A stretch of DNA of 64,000 bases, taken from the NCBI RefSeq assembly GCF_009914755.1, contig NC_060934.1. The stretch is one strand, 5' to 3'. Made by a program: the position numbers and the translations under genes. The notes beneath the pieces were generated by a model. The model saw only the letters and a program-made list of their open reading frames with translations, searched no databases and was not told where the DNA came from. The stretch comes from the human T2T-CHM13v2.0 reference genome, Homo sapiens. This document shows, in pieces, positions 28,645-42,438 of the stretch (positions are counted from its first letter, which is position 1; each line of letters opens with the position of its first letter).

Positions 28645-29599
28645 CTGCAAACGGAGGGAAATGTCACTGTGGATGACATTATTTTATCTCCAGGGAAATG
28701 AGACTACAACTACTTTGACAATTCAGTACATTATATTCAGTGATAGTAAACGTTTCCTTGGACTGAATAACCAAGATGATGTTAATCTCATTCGGGTTTC
28801 TCGAGAGACACACAGAGGATACTGAAATAAAGGCAGTCTACCAAGTTTGTGGCCAAGCAACCAGCCAAGGCATCCCTATGGGGAACTGAATTAAAGCAGA
28901 TTAGTTGAAGATTTAACAAATAGGTTTTAAAAATATACACATCAAATGAACAAAGTCACACTAGATTCCTTACACTTTAACGAATGATTATTTCTAAAGA
29001 GCAAGAACAATGCTGAAAAGCTTTGAGATTTCTTTTCTCATTTCACCTGGTTAGCTAATACTTTTGGACATATATTGCAATAAAACAACACACAGAAAAA
29101 CAAAACCTAAGGGATGAAGGCACATAACACCAAAAACCGGAAACGAAAATGCCTGATGTCTGACATTTGGGGAAATAGGTAAGCAAAGACTGATATGGTG
29201 AGTCAAAGCGATAGCCACGTGGGTTACGGAGAACCATGGACAGGGCTGGGTAAAAGCAAAACCAGTGAAGTTCCACAGATGCCCACGCAGCTGTGCCCAC
29301 ACAGCAAGGGTCAGGAGAGGCAGGGCCTTGTAGACTCTGGAGTGTTTGCTGTGGAGACATTCTGGGCTTGGCTGTTTCCATTATTTTACTGACAATGAAA
29401 AGTGGTCAAGTTCCAGGAAGTCAGAAACTGGTTTAGTACTGCACCCACGTCCCCAGAGCAGTGCCTCACATATGGCAGGCACTCACTGCCTGCACAACAA
29501 ATGAAAAAGTGAAACTGAGAGAGACAGTGCACCATCAGATCAGGGAAATGACAGCCGTCCTCTGTTCCCTAACACAAAGAAAATTCTCATTAAGGCAAC

Positions 29600-30070
29600 T
29601 GAATATTACTCAGCCATAAAAAAGGAGGAAATGCTGCCATTTGCAACAGCATGGATGTACCTGGAAGACGTTGTGCTGAGTGAGAAGCCAGAACAGAGAA
29701 GGACAAATACTGCACCACCTCACTCATGTGGAATCTAAAAAGCTGAGTTCATAGAAGCGGAGGGTAAACGGTGGTTAGCCGGGACTTCAGAGTGGCAAGG
29801 GGGAGATGACGGGCAAGGGTGCAAACCCTCAGTTAGAGGGCAAACAGGTTATGGGGAGAAAATGTAGTGCGGTGACTACAGTTAATAATACTATATCACT
29901 TAATTGAAATTTGATAACAGAATAGATCCTAAATGTTCTCATCACACACACACACACAATGTGAGCTGATGGATAATAGAACTCGGTCGTGGTAACTGTT
30001 TCATAATATGTATATACATCAAAGCATCACAGTGCATTCCTTAATTTATATAACTTTCTCAATTAACCTC
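29600..30070 (+). mobile_element. Old L1 (L1MB-like) 3' end
   Basis: gaatattactcagccataaaaaagg...atttgcaacagcatggatg...gtgactacagttaataata. Confidence 0.75.
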
Positions 30071-31471
30071 ATAAAGCGGAAAAAACACACATTCTTAATA
30101 AGAAAGTCACCCTGGAAATTTCGCCAGTTCTGGCCACCCTCAGAGGGAAGAGAATTCTGACCCTGGCCCAGCCTACGTCTCGGGCAGCACCCGTGAGGAC
30201 ACCCTCCAGGTGCCGGAGAAGCAGGCTCTGCTTCCAGCTTTGTTTCTAGGAACACATTTAAAGGAAACTCCTAAGTGAGAGCTGCACAGAATTTTATCTC
30301 CGCAGTTCTGATCTTTCATGTATGTGACTGAGAGAGGTCAAGTGAGGGGCCAAAAAAAAAAAAAAAAAAACACAAGGCCCAAGAAGCAAAGCAAGCTGGG
30401 ACGTGAGAACTGGGGAGGGCTTGCTCATTGGTCAGGTGTTCACCCACGTGCGTGTAGAAACGTGCTCTTGCATGTGCTGGGGATGCGTCCAGGGCTGAGG
30501 AGGAGGAGGGCTGGTGCTGTTTATAAGATGCCAGTTCTTAGCACGCCTCCCACATGTGCTGCTGGGAGCCATTCAGGAAGGGGGGCGCCTCATGGGACAG
30601 GACAGGTGATAAGGGGAGTGAGGGTGTCCTTGGCCAGACATGGGGCTTTGTCCAACAGCACGGCAGGCCGGGGTAACCGGAGGGAGGGCACACGTGCTGC
30701 CACCGTGGGAGGAGGCTGGCTCCAGACATGCTCTTCTCCAGTGCCCTCTGCTTCCTCATAGAAGCAGGAAGCTCAGTGCCAGAGAGAATGCGGCGGAAGG
30801 AGGACGCATGAGACAAGTGGCCTCTCGGACTGGGGACGCCCAGCAGTGCCAGGGCCTGCTTGAGATGAGGTGTCAAGAAAGGAGACCAAGGCCACACAGC
30901 TCCACGAGGCGTCTTTCTCTAGCTGCATCCCGCCAGTGCGGAGGGGCACAGTGGCAGGGAGTTAAGAGCCAGCCAGGGCGGGCTCATTCTGAACACAATG
31001 AGGCAAAGGTGTCAAGTTCCATTGTTTGCTTTCTGATCTGAAATAAACACATGATCTCTTGGCTACTGTGTCCTGATGCTGTTGTTTGTACACTACTTCC
31101 TGTGGAGGTCTCTGCCATTTTCCTGGTGAAGGACTTCTCAGTAATAAAAGCAGGAACGTGGAAAGCAAACTCAAGAGCCAAGAAATAAAGAAACTCAGTC
31201 CATACACATTATGTGTTTAAATCTTTTCAGAATTATTTGAGGACAATCTATTATACTTCCCTAAGGAAGTGCCATTTTGTAATTGTGAGCTTTCATGGAC
31301 TCATTTGAGCCATAAAGCTTACCTCACGCTATTTCCCAGGCAATCATAACTCACTCAGCTCAAACCGGTGTGTGGCAGATGGAGGGCATGTGAGCAGTTC
31401 TGATGGTGTCAAGGCAAGCCAAGGATACATAACAGAAAAGTAACCTGGATCTCGGAGGACACTCAACTCAC

Positions 31472-31546
31472 CTCTCCAAGGTGTGAGTCCCCCAGCGGTC
31501 CTTTTGTTTCTGGGTTGGCAATTATAATCCGAACCCCTGGAAGTAT
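31472..31546 (-). CDS. DIP2C: DIP2C exon (75 nt): ILPGVRIIIANPETKGPLGDSHLGE
   Basis: cccaaatAG acceptor, GAG|GTGAGT donor; phase 0-0. Confidence 0.95.
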
Positions 31547-32307
31547 CTATTTGGGAGAGGAAAAGTCTCTTGTCAATGGGAGGAATACAGGGAGAGACTA
31601 CACACAAGCCAACCTCAATCTCATCTTTATGCCATTTCCTTTCAAGACTGTTTAGAAAGCAATTAAATCAAAACTATATGCCACATAGTTATGACCCATT
31701 ATACAACCACAGCCTCACAATCACAGCCTCACAATCACATTCTCACTGTAACTGTCAATATTGTATGCTGTTATGGTGACCTCAAAATTAAACATTTTGA
31801 TTGTCAGTCATACCTCAATAAAGCTAAGAGAAATCTATTGAAAATCATGAAAATAATGTTTGAACAAAAACATGGTAAATGATATAATGTTTAACACAGC
31901 CTGACCTTGAAAAATGGGAATTTTCAGTTGTTTCAATGAAGTTATTTAAGATATTTACATAGAGTCAATATTACATCTCACATCATGGCACACACATGGA
32001 TGGAGGGTGATGCTTGCAGTAATCGCTGAAGGAAGGGAGTCACATAGTGACATTTTCAGGGGTAAGCATGGACTCGAAGATAACCCAAAATGCTTTTGGC
32101 AAAATGATATAGTAGGCAGCTGCTCTGGTGGTGCCAGAAGGGAAAGATTGTGGGTCAACTGCTGGTGAAGTCTGCAGGTTTTCGTTAGAACGTCCGTGTG
32201 GATCTCCAGCTCATCTCCACCGAATTTTCAACTCAAGATACTGGGGAACTTTTTCCTGCAGGTAAACATCTTTTACTGTAATAGATGTCAGTACTAAGCA
32301 TTTCCTT

Positions 32308-32448
32308 CTTTTTTTTTTTGAGACAGGGTCTAGTTCTGTCACCCAGGCTGGAGTGGCATGATCACAGCTTACTGTAGCCTTAAGCAACCCTCCAGCCTCA
32401 GCCCCACAAAGTGCTGGGATTACAGGCATGAGACACTGGCTCTGGCCA
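32308..32448 (-). mobile_element. FLAM / Alu monomer
   Basis: Reverse monomer; TSD atttccttctt. Confidence 0.85.
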
Positions 32449-32977
32449 GAATTTCCTTCTTAAAGTTTACCTTAGAAATATCTCACATTCCACTGATACC
32501 ACTTATATAAGGAATCAAAAGTTTATTCTGGAAATCCTGAATATAGCCTGCCTCAGATCAGCTCATCTAACATTTATGATTGAGATAAAGGCAAAACATT
32601 TTATGGTAAAAACACAGAACGTCTTGGAATAGTCACACTGTTAAATCTCACTTAAGTCTGAAGTGAGATTTCAGGGCTCTGGATTCTGCTGCTGACTATG
32701 GTCCGCCAGACTGTTAGGATGGATGGTGAGCACATTCCTACTGTTGGAACCAACTCTGTGAAGCATTCTAACTTGCAGCCATGCAGGCAACTTTATAATA
32801 GAAGCAACATGAGATGCTCTTAGAATTATGTCAATGGAGAAGGAATCTGACAACTGGGGCCGAAACGGAAAAAAAAAAAAAAAAAAGAGTCTTTATTTAG
32901 GTGTTTAAATATCTTTCTTGCCCTTTAGTTCTAGTAAAAAAACAAAAAAACAAAAACAGAAACAAAAAACACACCCA

Positions 32978-33440
32978 CTGTGGCAGAAACTACTGGTTGT
33001 CTCTTGTTAACCATTCTTTTCTACTTTCATAGTAATAGATACCCTGATTTTTAGGTAGGCCTTTACATATTCAGAATTGATATCTCAATAGTTCCCAACC
33101 TTTAGCTAGGTGTGGCCATGTGACCACATTCTGATCAATGGAATTTCAGTGTAGGACAGCTTGGGAACCTTCTCTATGGTCTGCATGCTTTGTTCTCTTC
33201 TTTTTCTGTTTCTCCTCCTGCTGGCTGGAATGTGGAAATGATGGCTGGAGCGGAAGCAGCCGCTTCAGCTCCTGAGGGGCCCCTGGTAATTGGGCTCCAA
33301 TGCGCAGAACGAGGCTGAAGGTACCAGGGCCTCTGCTGGCTTCATGGAGGAGGAGATGCCTATTTCCTAACTTTTACCTGAGGAAAAAAGTCTAACTTGT
33401 TTAAAACACTGTTATTTTGAGTTTCTATACTCACTGATAT
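32978..33440 (+). mobile_element. MLT1-type MaLR LTR
   Basis: gctaggtgtggccatgtgacca...gctggaatgtggaaatgatggctggagc...cttgtttaaaacactgttattttgagtttct. Confidence 0.6.
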
Positions 33441-33562
33441 GTTACTTTCAAGAAATTGTTTTGGAAAAAACATTCTAAAAAATACATTTCCTAAAATTTC
33501 AAAGCCCATACAGTCAGAAGCGAACGGATACAGAAATGCGTGCCTCTTCCTATAATACTTAC

Positions 33563-33620
33563 CTTTCCCGATTCCATCAGGGGCAGACTATGAGGGGATC
33601 CTCTTTCCACTAAGCGGACT
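33563..33620 (-). CDS. DIP2C: DIP2C exon (58 nt): (R)VRLVERGSPHSLPLMESGK
   Basis: tttctgtttgcAG acceptor, AAG|GTAAGT donor; phase 2-0. Confidence 0.95.
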
Positions 33621-34469
33621 CTGCAAACAGAAAGAGAAAATATTCCTAGATGTGTTTGCTGTCCAGTTTTCCCCTTCACCAATTCACACGAGGTCACGAG
33701 CCTGGCAGCTGTCCGGGAAAGCTGATTCTGAGCATCATCCAACAGCAAGGACGAAGCTGCAGAAAGAGCAGCCCAGCAGCAGAGGAAACTGAACCCGAAG
33801 CGAGGGCCACAGAGAAGGCAGATGAAGCCGCATCTCTCAAACCTGCAAAGTAACTGGGAAAATGACTCTGAGCTGAAAGTAACCATGAGTCCACTTAGCA
33901 TTTTCAGAAAAGGAAAAGAACACGGATTACAGAGTTTCCTTGAAAGAGCTGCGGGTCACCCACGACTGTGTTGCCTGGTCCTCAAGCACCGACGGCTGTC
34001 CTGCGGGTGGAAGGCAGGGCCAGGTGTGCAGCGGCCGAGAGCCCTCCCAAGACAGCGTGTGCATCGCAGCCACAGGAGCAGAGAGAATTGCTGGGCCCTG
34101 ACGGCAAAGGTACTCAGAAAAGAAACTCTTACTTCAAAGAATACATAATGATAATTTAATCTTAAGAACTGCCAAGGACATCGCAGCGGGCCACAACCAG
34201 AGCTTCGCTAACAGTCCTCCCAGGTGCATTATTTATTTTGAGGCCTTCACTACTGGTTTTGCATTTTTACCAGGTGCCTAGTGGACCATCACACTCTTCA
34301 TTCACCTAAGGGGCAATTTTTTTTATTTAAACAAAATAAAGCAAAGGAGAAAGTGCTTGAAGGCTTGAAGATGGTGAATCACAGGACGACATGCCTCCCA
34401 CCTGGGGACAGGGTGCGGGCAGGGGGCCTGTGGGCTCCTGAGACACCCTTCCTACCATCCCCCAGTGAT

Positions 34470-34765
34470 GTTTTTTTTTTTTAAAGAGACAGGGTCTCGC
34501 TCTGTCACTCAACCTGGAGTACAGTGGCACAATCATGGCTCATCGCAGTCTGACCGCCTGGCCTCAAGCAATCCTCCCACCTCAGCCTCCTGAGTTGCTA
34601 GGGCTACAGGTGTGTACTACCACATCTGGATAACTTTTAAGTTTCTGTAGAGAGGAGATCTCACTATGTTGCTTAGGCTGGTCTCAAGCTCCTGGTCTCA
34701 GATGATCCTCCTGTCTCAGCCTCAGAAACTGCCAAGATTACAGGTGTAGCCACCATGCCCAGCCC
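34470..34765 (-). mobile_element. AluJ-like
   Basis: Diverged reverse Alu (cacaatcatggctca, caagcaatcctcc). Confidence 0.88.
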
Positions 34766-37700
34766 TCACTGAGATTTGAAACACACCAAGAACCCACTCT
34801 TATGCACTCGACACAGCAGTCTTCCTCTGTAACTGACAGATGTACCAAGAAGGAGGATGAGGGGTAGGGAAGGGGCAGGAGGTACCAAGAAAGAAGCCTG
34901 AGTGTCTCCGGGCCCTGAGGGACCAGTCCAGCACAGCCCTCTGCGTGGCACGAGGGAGGCCACGGAGGGTGCGCACCCCTCTGGGAATGGGGGTGTTTCT
35001 GCTGCCACAGTGGGAGGCACCCAGCAGTGTGGTAGGTGGCACCGGCCTGACGTCCTCCACGTGCCAGACATGTGGCTGCACTGCTCCTGCCAGACCTAGG
35101 GCTGTCTGCAGCCAGGGGCACCATCTCCTCTGGCTGTTGAGTGACTGAGGCCACAGGACAATTCCTCCCCCCAGCCTGCTGTGTCTTCTCCGGTTGCTGC
35201 AGACAGAAGCACCTGTGCCGGGGAGGATCCTCTGTGGCGGAAACAGGGAAGGCCAGCAGCACTTTCTCCTCTGCGGGAGAACAGAGAGGAGACGCTGGGG
35301 AGGGTGCCTGTGTGCATCAGCAGGAGTCTGATGAGGGAGAAAGACTTACTGGAGCCATTTCAGATCAGATGACAACCATTAACTCTGTGGTGTCTGTCTT
35401 AAATGGAAACCTTGATGCCAACAGCTGATGAGGGCTGCCAAACAGCTCACATGATTCAAACTCTTACGGAACACGCCGATAGGCTTGATGACGCTAACCT
35501 CCAAAAATGCCTTAACTGGCTGTTTTAACACAGAATTGCAAGAAACTAAAGAACTTTTAGGAGCCTGGTAGCATTATGCTAATTCAGGACTTGCCATGAG
35601 AATACCTAGAATTTGCGGTGCAACACAAATGTGCTCTCCTCTGGACACTGACCACGGAGAAGCTCACAGCCAGAGGTGGCATGCACATACTTGGGATGTC
35701 GGCAGGACATGGCCATGCCAGGACAATGATGCTGACTCCTTCCTCCGTGCCAGGAGGCCCGCAGATGTGCCCTGATCTGAGCGGCCAAGTGGAGTCAAAA
35801 GCCAGCGAACCGTGGGCTTCACCCCAAATGAAGACAGCAGTAGAGAAGCCAGGCCAAGCTGGCCGGGGCAGCGGTGAGAAAGGGGCACCTGGAGATGATG
35901 AGGAGAGGGAAAGAACTAGGAGGGGGTCAGAGGCCCCCACCTCAGCATCCTACAAAGGCCAGGTGACCAGCCAAGGAGTGAAACTCAGCCAAAACCGAGG
36001 GCTGTTTAGGACACACCATCTCCATTTCTGCGGCCAATCCTCAGTCATCTCTACTTTAGGACGTTTGAGATCCTGTCGCTGGCCGGAATCAGATGCACCT
36101 GGCAGCTCTGGGAGCTGTCGCTACAGGGATGACTTCAGACAGGGTAAGGGGGTCACTCAGGAAACAAGGCTCTGGAGTTATAAAAGTGATGGGCAAATGC
36201 CCCAGGGCTCTGCCAGGCAGGGCCCAGGCTGTGCAGCATTCCCAGATCTTCCTTATCTCCATCCCTGTGTGTTTTTACCTTGGCCTGTGCCCAGCCACTA
36301 AGGGGGCATGGAGGAAAACAAGACAGGTGAGGCTCTGGGCAGGTGTGTGCTGGCCAGTGCCTCACCCTCCGGCCGTATGTCCTTCACTCTCTCCAGCCTC
36401 TGCCCCCATATTGATCCTAAGCCTCAGGAAGCGAAGCAAGACGGAATCTCAGCTGAGAACCTTGTCTGAAGTGTTGAAAACACGGAAGATCATCAAGAAT
36501 TCCCTCTCTGGTTCATGTGAAAAAGGTGTGTTTTGTATGAAAACAGGCACAGGGTGCTAAATCACTCAGGTCGGTGCTGGATGAAAAAGCTAAATATCCT
36601 GCTAGCAAATGCCACACAGGAATTCCTTCTTCTACACCAAGGGGAACAATATCCACACAGCCAAGAGAGGAAAAAAGCTACCCCGTATCTAAGGGCAGAA
36701 GAGATGTCTTCCTAAAGAACTAGGAGATATATTTGTAACATACACATCAGAGGGCTGATTCCCTCCATGTGCAAAGAACTCATAGAAATGAAACCAGGTG
36801 ATCTTGGTTGTTCTCAAAAGTAGTGTTCTCCACAGTTACAGAGTGGGCTGAGTTAAGACCCGGGTCAAAGTGTGCTGCTCGGTGCTGACTTTCTCAAACT
36901 GGGGATCATATGCAGACATCTCCAGGTTTGGGCAAATTAAATGAGCTATGAATCTGAAGTGCTTGTGGTGCGTGAGTTATAAGTAGCTGGGGTTATTAAC
37001 ACTTCTCAGTTAGAACCAGGTTGTAAGGTTAACACCAAGGCGTTGCCTGGCACACGAGAGGTGGGCTGCTGGAGGGAGATGCAGAGGTCTGTGGACTCCG
37101 GGAGCCAGAGGGGAGCAGGAGGACTCCATGGGGGAGGGAGAAATACAGGCTCAGCCAGGCTGGCCCTCTCCTGCGGGAAGTGTGACTGAGCCACCAAAAG
37201 GACCAAGTCATGCTGTAAGAAGACTCTCATCTTCCAAGAGCCATTGTGCCGAGGCTGGCGTCCAGCAGAGCTCACCTTCTGTGAGAGCACCTGCCGCTCA
37301 GGTCACACTGCAAAGTCAGCTTTAGACAACTCAGGGCTGAGGAAACCTGTCAGCTCCAGATCCGGAACTTTGTGCCACTTTTCTTGCTGCCTCCAACGTG
37401 CATTACTGCTGCCCAAATCGGCTCCACGAACCATTACTGCTGACACCCTTCCCTAGGTGAAAGTTGGTTTTAAACAGTGCACCTACTTTCACATCAAGGT
37501 TACAATTTAACTGTGTGTCTGAATAAACTCTTCCAGCCTGGCCTCTGTCTCACCCCTTATTTCTTCTCCACTCCAGTATAAATCTTGGACTTGCGGGGAA
37601 TAAACTGTCTTTTCATCCTACGCTGTCAAGTGGACTTGAAGTTCGGACTTTTGCTAGAAAAGCAGAGATAGAGAGTTGACATGAGGGAACTTGCTACTAG

Positions 37701-38573
37701 CCTCTAACTTGCCCTGTCCTTGAACTGCCCTCAAATGGACTCAAACTTAGCAACCTGTTTTGCTAGAAGCGACGTCTCGGAAGGCTGAAGCCCTGATGGC
37801 GCCGTGCAACTGAGTGGGGAACGAATGCATGGCTGTCACAAGAGGTCTGTGAGGTCTTCATTCTTCATTCGTGCCTCCTGGCATCACACGTCTGGCCTCC
37901 TGGGAACAGGTGGGAAGGTGCTGCTGAGATAATCAGGTTTTTCATCATTTGTCTAAAGAGAGCCATGGTTGAACTTCTCACTAATCCTTCCCTGCAAAGC
38001 TACAGAAGAGACTCTTTCTTCCTCCAACTGAGATTCTCACCCAGGGGCAAGGAGCCTTGTCTGAGCCATGCAAAGGCGGATGAGCACAGCTGCCCTCTGC
38101 CTAGGACCACCACCCCCTGGCAGCACCCGCTAGCTGGCAGAGAATCCATCAGCACCCCAGCTCTGGAGACGTCAAAACAACCAAGAAACAAATAGCATTC
38201 TCTACCCCAACAGAAGTGCGCCGGCATACGGCAGCACTGCCCCCGCCAGAAAGACAACTGCTTCGGACCAGTGCAGCTGGAGCCCCTGACCAATGCCCTG
38301 GGGTGGGGCATCTGATGCAGATGTCAGCAGAGCATCCACTGGGAGCCCACCCTGCCTGCCCACACCACTACTCAGCACTGGCCTGATGGTCACTCATGAC
38401 CTGAAGGGTCCAGCATCCTCAGCACCTTCAATCTCAAAAACCAGCGTGACAGACCAGATGCAGACGGAGCTGGTGCTGTCCTCAGTGCCAACTCTGTGGC
38501 ATTTCAAGGGGAGCAAACAGGACGCAGGGAAACCCGGTCATGGAAAGCTGAGCTGCAGCACAGCCACGCTCAC

Positions 38574-38603
38574 CGTGTGAGGATGGCATTTATGAATGTG
38601 CCG
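38574..38603 (-). CDS. DIP2C: Candidate 30-nt in-frame cassette microexon adding SGTFINAILT
   Basis: gttttggttgttttttcAG|CGGCACATTCATAAATGCCATCCTCACACG|GTGAGC; stop-free in the phase-2 frame of the host intron. Supported by sequence signals only. Confidence 0.4.
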
Positions 38604-39554
38604 CTGAAAAAACAACCAAAACTTTTACTTAATATTTTAAACTACACCTTCTTCCAAAATTAATTTGAAGCATTTAAAATACCCAATATAATAAGACCAT
38701 CTGAACAATAAGCTTTTAAAAATCCCCAAAGATAGAGGGGAAATTAAATACTCAAAAACTTCAAGTTAATTAACAGAGATGCTGTGACTGAGTCTAGTCT
38801 GCAGCTTCCTGGCAGCTAAGGTACACAGAGGATGAGGCAAGTGTTACTGTCAAAGTTGGGATTTTAATATCTTGCCACTTACTTTGCAACCAGTGAAGCA
38901 CATAAGAGCATTAAAATCACAAGGAACAACAGTGCTTAAAAATAACAGGCATCATGTTCACACATCCAAAACCACAAACAAAACCAAAAACAAATGCACT
39001 ATTATTTCTACAGGAGGTCCTCCCAGGACTCAAGCCCTAACAAAAGCTACAGACACTGCATGAGACGGCCCACGGTGGCCACCACAAAAGGCTAAGGGCA
39101 AGAAGATCTGGATCAGGGAAGTCCAGAAACAGATACCAATCACCCAAAAAATGAGCAACGAGAGAAAACAGAGGAATGTTTTCATCTAACCTAACCGCAT
39201 TGCACAAATGAAGTACCAAAGCATACTTTGTGTACTTTTTTCATTTATAAAATTGTAAACTTAACCCTCTCCAATCCAAACTCTTCTGTCCATCCTTTTC
39301 CCTTTTCTCTCCCTCGGGTGGAAGAGAGCTCTGTGTTTTCTTCCCATAAAAGACACCATTTGCAGGTGTGGACTGAGCCGACCTTGCAGCCCAAACTGCC
39401 CTCTTCCATCTTCTTCCAAGGCCAGATGGGTTCCAAGTTTCAGAGGTGCTCGATTTCTGAACGCTAATCCCGAGCACAGACCCCTGCTACCTAAGACCCT
39501 AATCACATGCATCAATACTCTGGGTGCATCAATATGCTGGGTGCATGTAACATT

Positions 39555-39810
39555 AGCACTTGGGGAGGCTGAGGCAGGAGGATCACTTGAGCCCAGGAGT
39601 TTGAGACCAGCCTAGGCAATGTGGCGAGACCCCATCTCTACAAAAAATGCAAAAATGAGCAAGGTGTGGTGGTGTGTACCCGCAGTCCCAACTACGTGGG
39701 AGTATCAACTGAGTTTGTGAGGCAGAGGTCACAGTGAGCTGGGATCATGCCACTGCACTCCAGCCTGGGTGACAGAGTGATACCCCATCTAAAAAAAGAA
39801 AAAAAAAAAA
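39555..39810 (+). mobile_element. AluJ-like, 5' truncated
   Basis: gaggatcacttgagcccaggagtttgag; A tail. Confidence 0.85.
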
Positions 39811-40299
39811 GAGAAGAAAAAAATGCATTAACGTTTCTGTGGCAAAGAGTGGGATAAATTGTTTATCAATTTATGTCCATTCATAAAGTTTCCATGACAT
39901 TCACTTGCATCGAATTAAAAAAAAATTTTATTTTTGGGAACTCCTTCGTTTTTAAAAAAATACTTACTGAATAAGACCTCAAAAGCACAGGCCACAAAAG
40001 CAAAAATAAGCAAATAGGATTATAAATAACTTAAAAGCTTCTGCACAGCAAAGGAAACAAAGTGAAAAAACAACCTACAGAATAAAAGAATACATTTGCA
40101 AACTACTCACCAGACAGGGGATTAATATTCAGGATATATAAGGAACTCAAACAACTCAACAGCAAAGAAAAACCCAAAAAACAAAAAGAAAACTGATTAA
40201 AAAATGGGCAAATGATCCAGACATTTCTCAAAAGAAATAAATGTCCAGAAAATACATGAAAAATGCTCAACATCACAAATCATCAGAGAAGTGGAAGTC

Positions 40300-40415
40300 T
40301 TTTTTTTTTCTTAAGTGAAAGCAAGTTTATTAGGAAAATAAAGAAATAAAAGAATGGCTACTCCACAGGCAGAGCAGCAGCAAGGACGGCTCAGCTGCTT
40401 ATACTTATTGTTACT
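40300..40415 (-). mobile_element. Polyadenylated MER41-like LTR fragment
   Basis: Minus strand: ...gctgctctgcctgtggagtagccattcttttatttctttattttcctAATAAActtgctttcacttaag followed by A10. Confidence 0.7.
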
Positions 40416-40477
40416 AGGGAGGTAAAAGTCAAAACTACAATGAGATATCATCTCATTCCAGTTAGATGGCTATTATT

Positions 40478-40782
40478 GGCCGGGCGCGGTGGCTTACGCC
40501 TGTAATCCCAGCACTTTGGGAGGCCGAGGTGGGTGGATCACGAGGTCAGGAGACTGACACCATCTTGGCTAACACAGTGAAACCCCGTCTCTATTAAAAA
40601 TACCAAAAATTAGCCGGGTGCGGTGGCGGGCGCCTGTAATCCCAGCTACTCAGGAGGCTGAGGCAGGAGAATGGCATGAACCCGGGAGGCGGAGCTTGCA
40701 GTGAGCCGAGATAGCGCCACTGCAGTCCCACCTGGGCGAAAGAACGAGACTCCATCTCAAAAAAAAAAAAAAAAAAAAAAAA
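40478..40782 (+). mobile_element. AluY-like
   Basis: Full-length; TSD aga(t/a)ggctattat. Confidence 0.93.
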
Positions 40783-40928
40783 AGAAGGCTATTATCAAAA
40801 AGACAAAAAATATCAAATGCTGGTGAGGATACAGAGAGAAGGGAACTCTTATACACTGTTGGTAGGAATGTAAACTAATACAGCCACTATGGAGAGCAGT
40901 ATGAAGGCTCCTTAAAACACACATACCC

Positions 40929-42380
<1,452 letters not shown>

Positions 42381-42400
42381 CCAACCCCCCCCCACCCCAC

Positions 42401-42438
<38 letters not shown>

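Noticed and set aside
31317-31325. Strong GAG|GTAAGC donor ~150 nt downstream of the 75-nt exon
   Set aside because: Extending the exon hits TGA immediately (GTG AGT TGA) and there is no convincing independent acceptor; probably a decoy site.
35618-36301. 227-aa ORF on the + strand
   Set aside because: Antisense to a DIP2C intron, non-ATG start, GC-rich low-information composition and no recognisable domain.
37276-37310. Possible ~32-nt exon ending AAG|GTGAGC
   Set aside because: Poor polypyrimidine tract; indistinguishable from a chance pseudo-exon.
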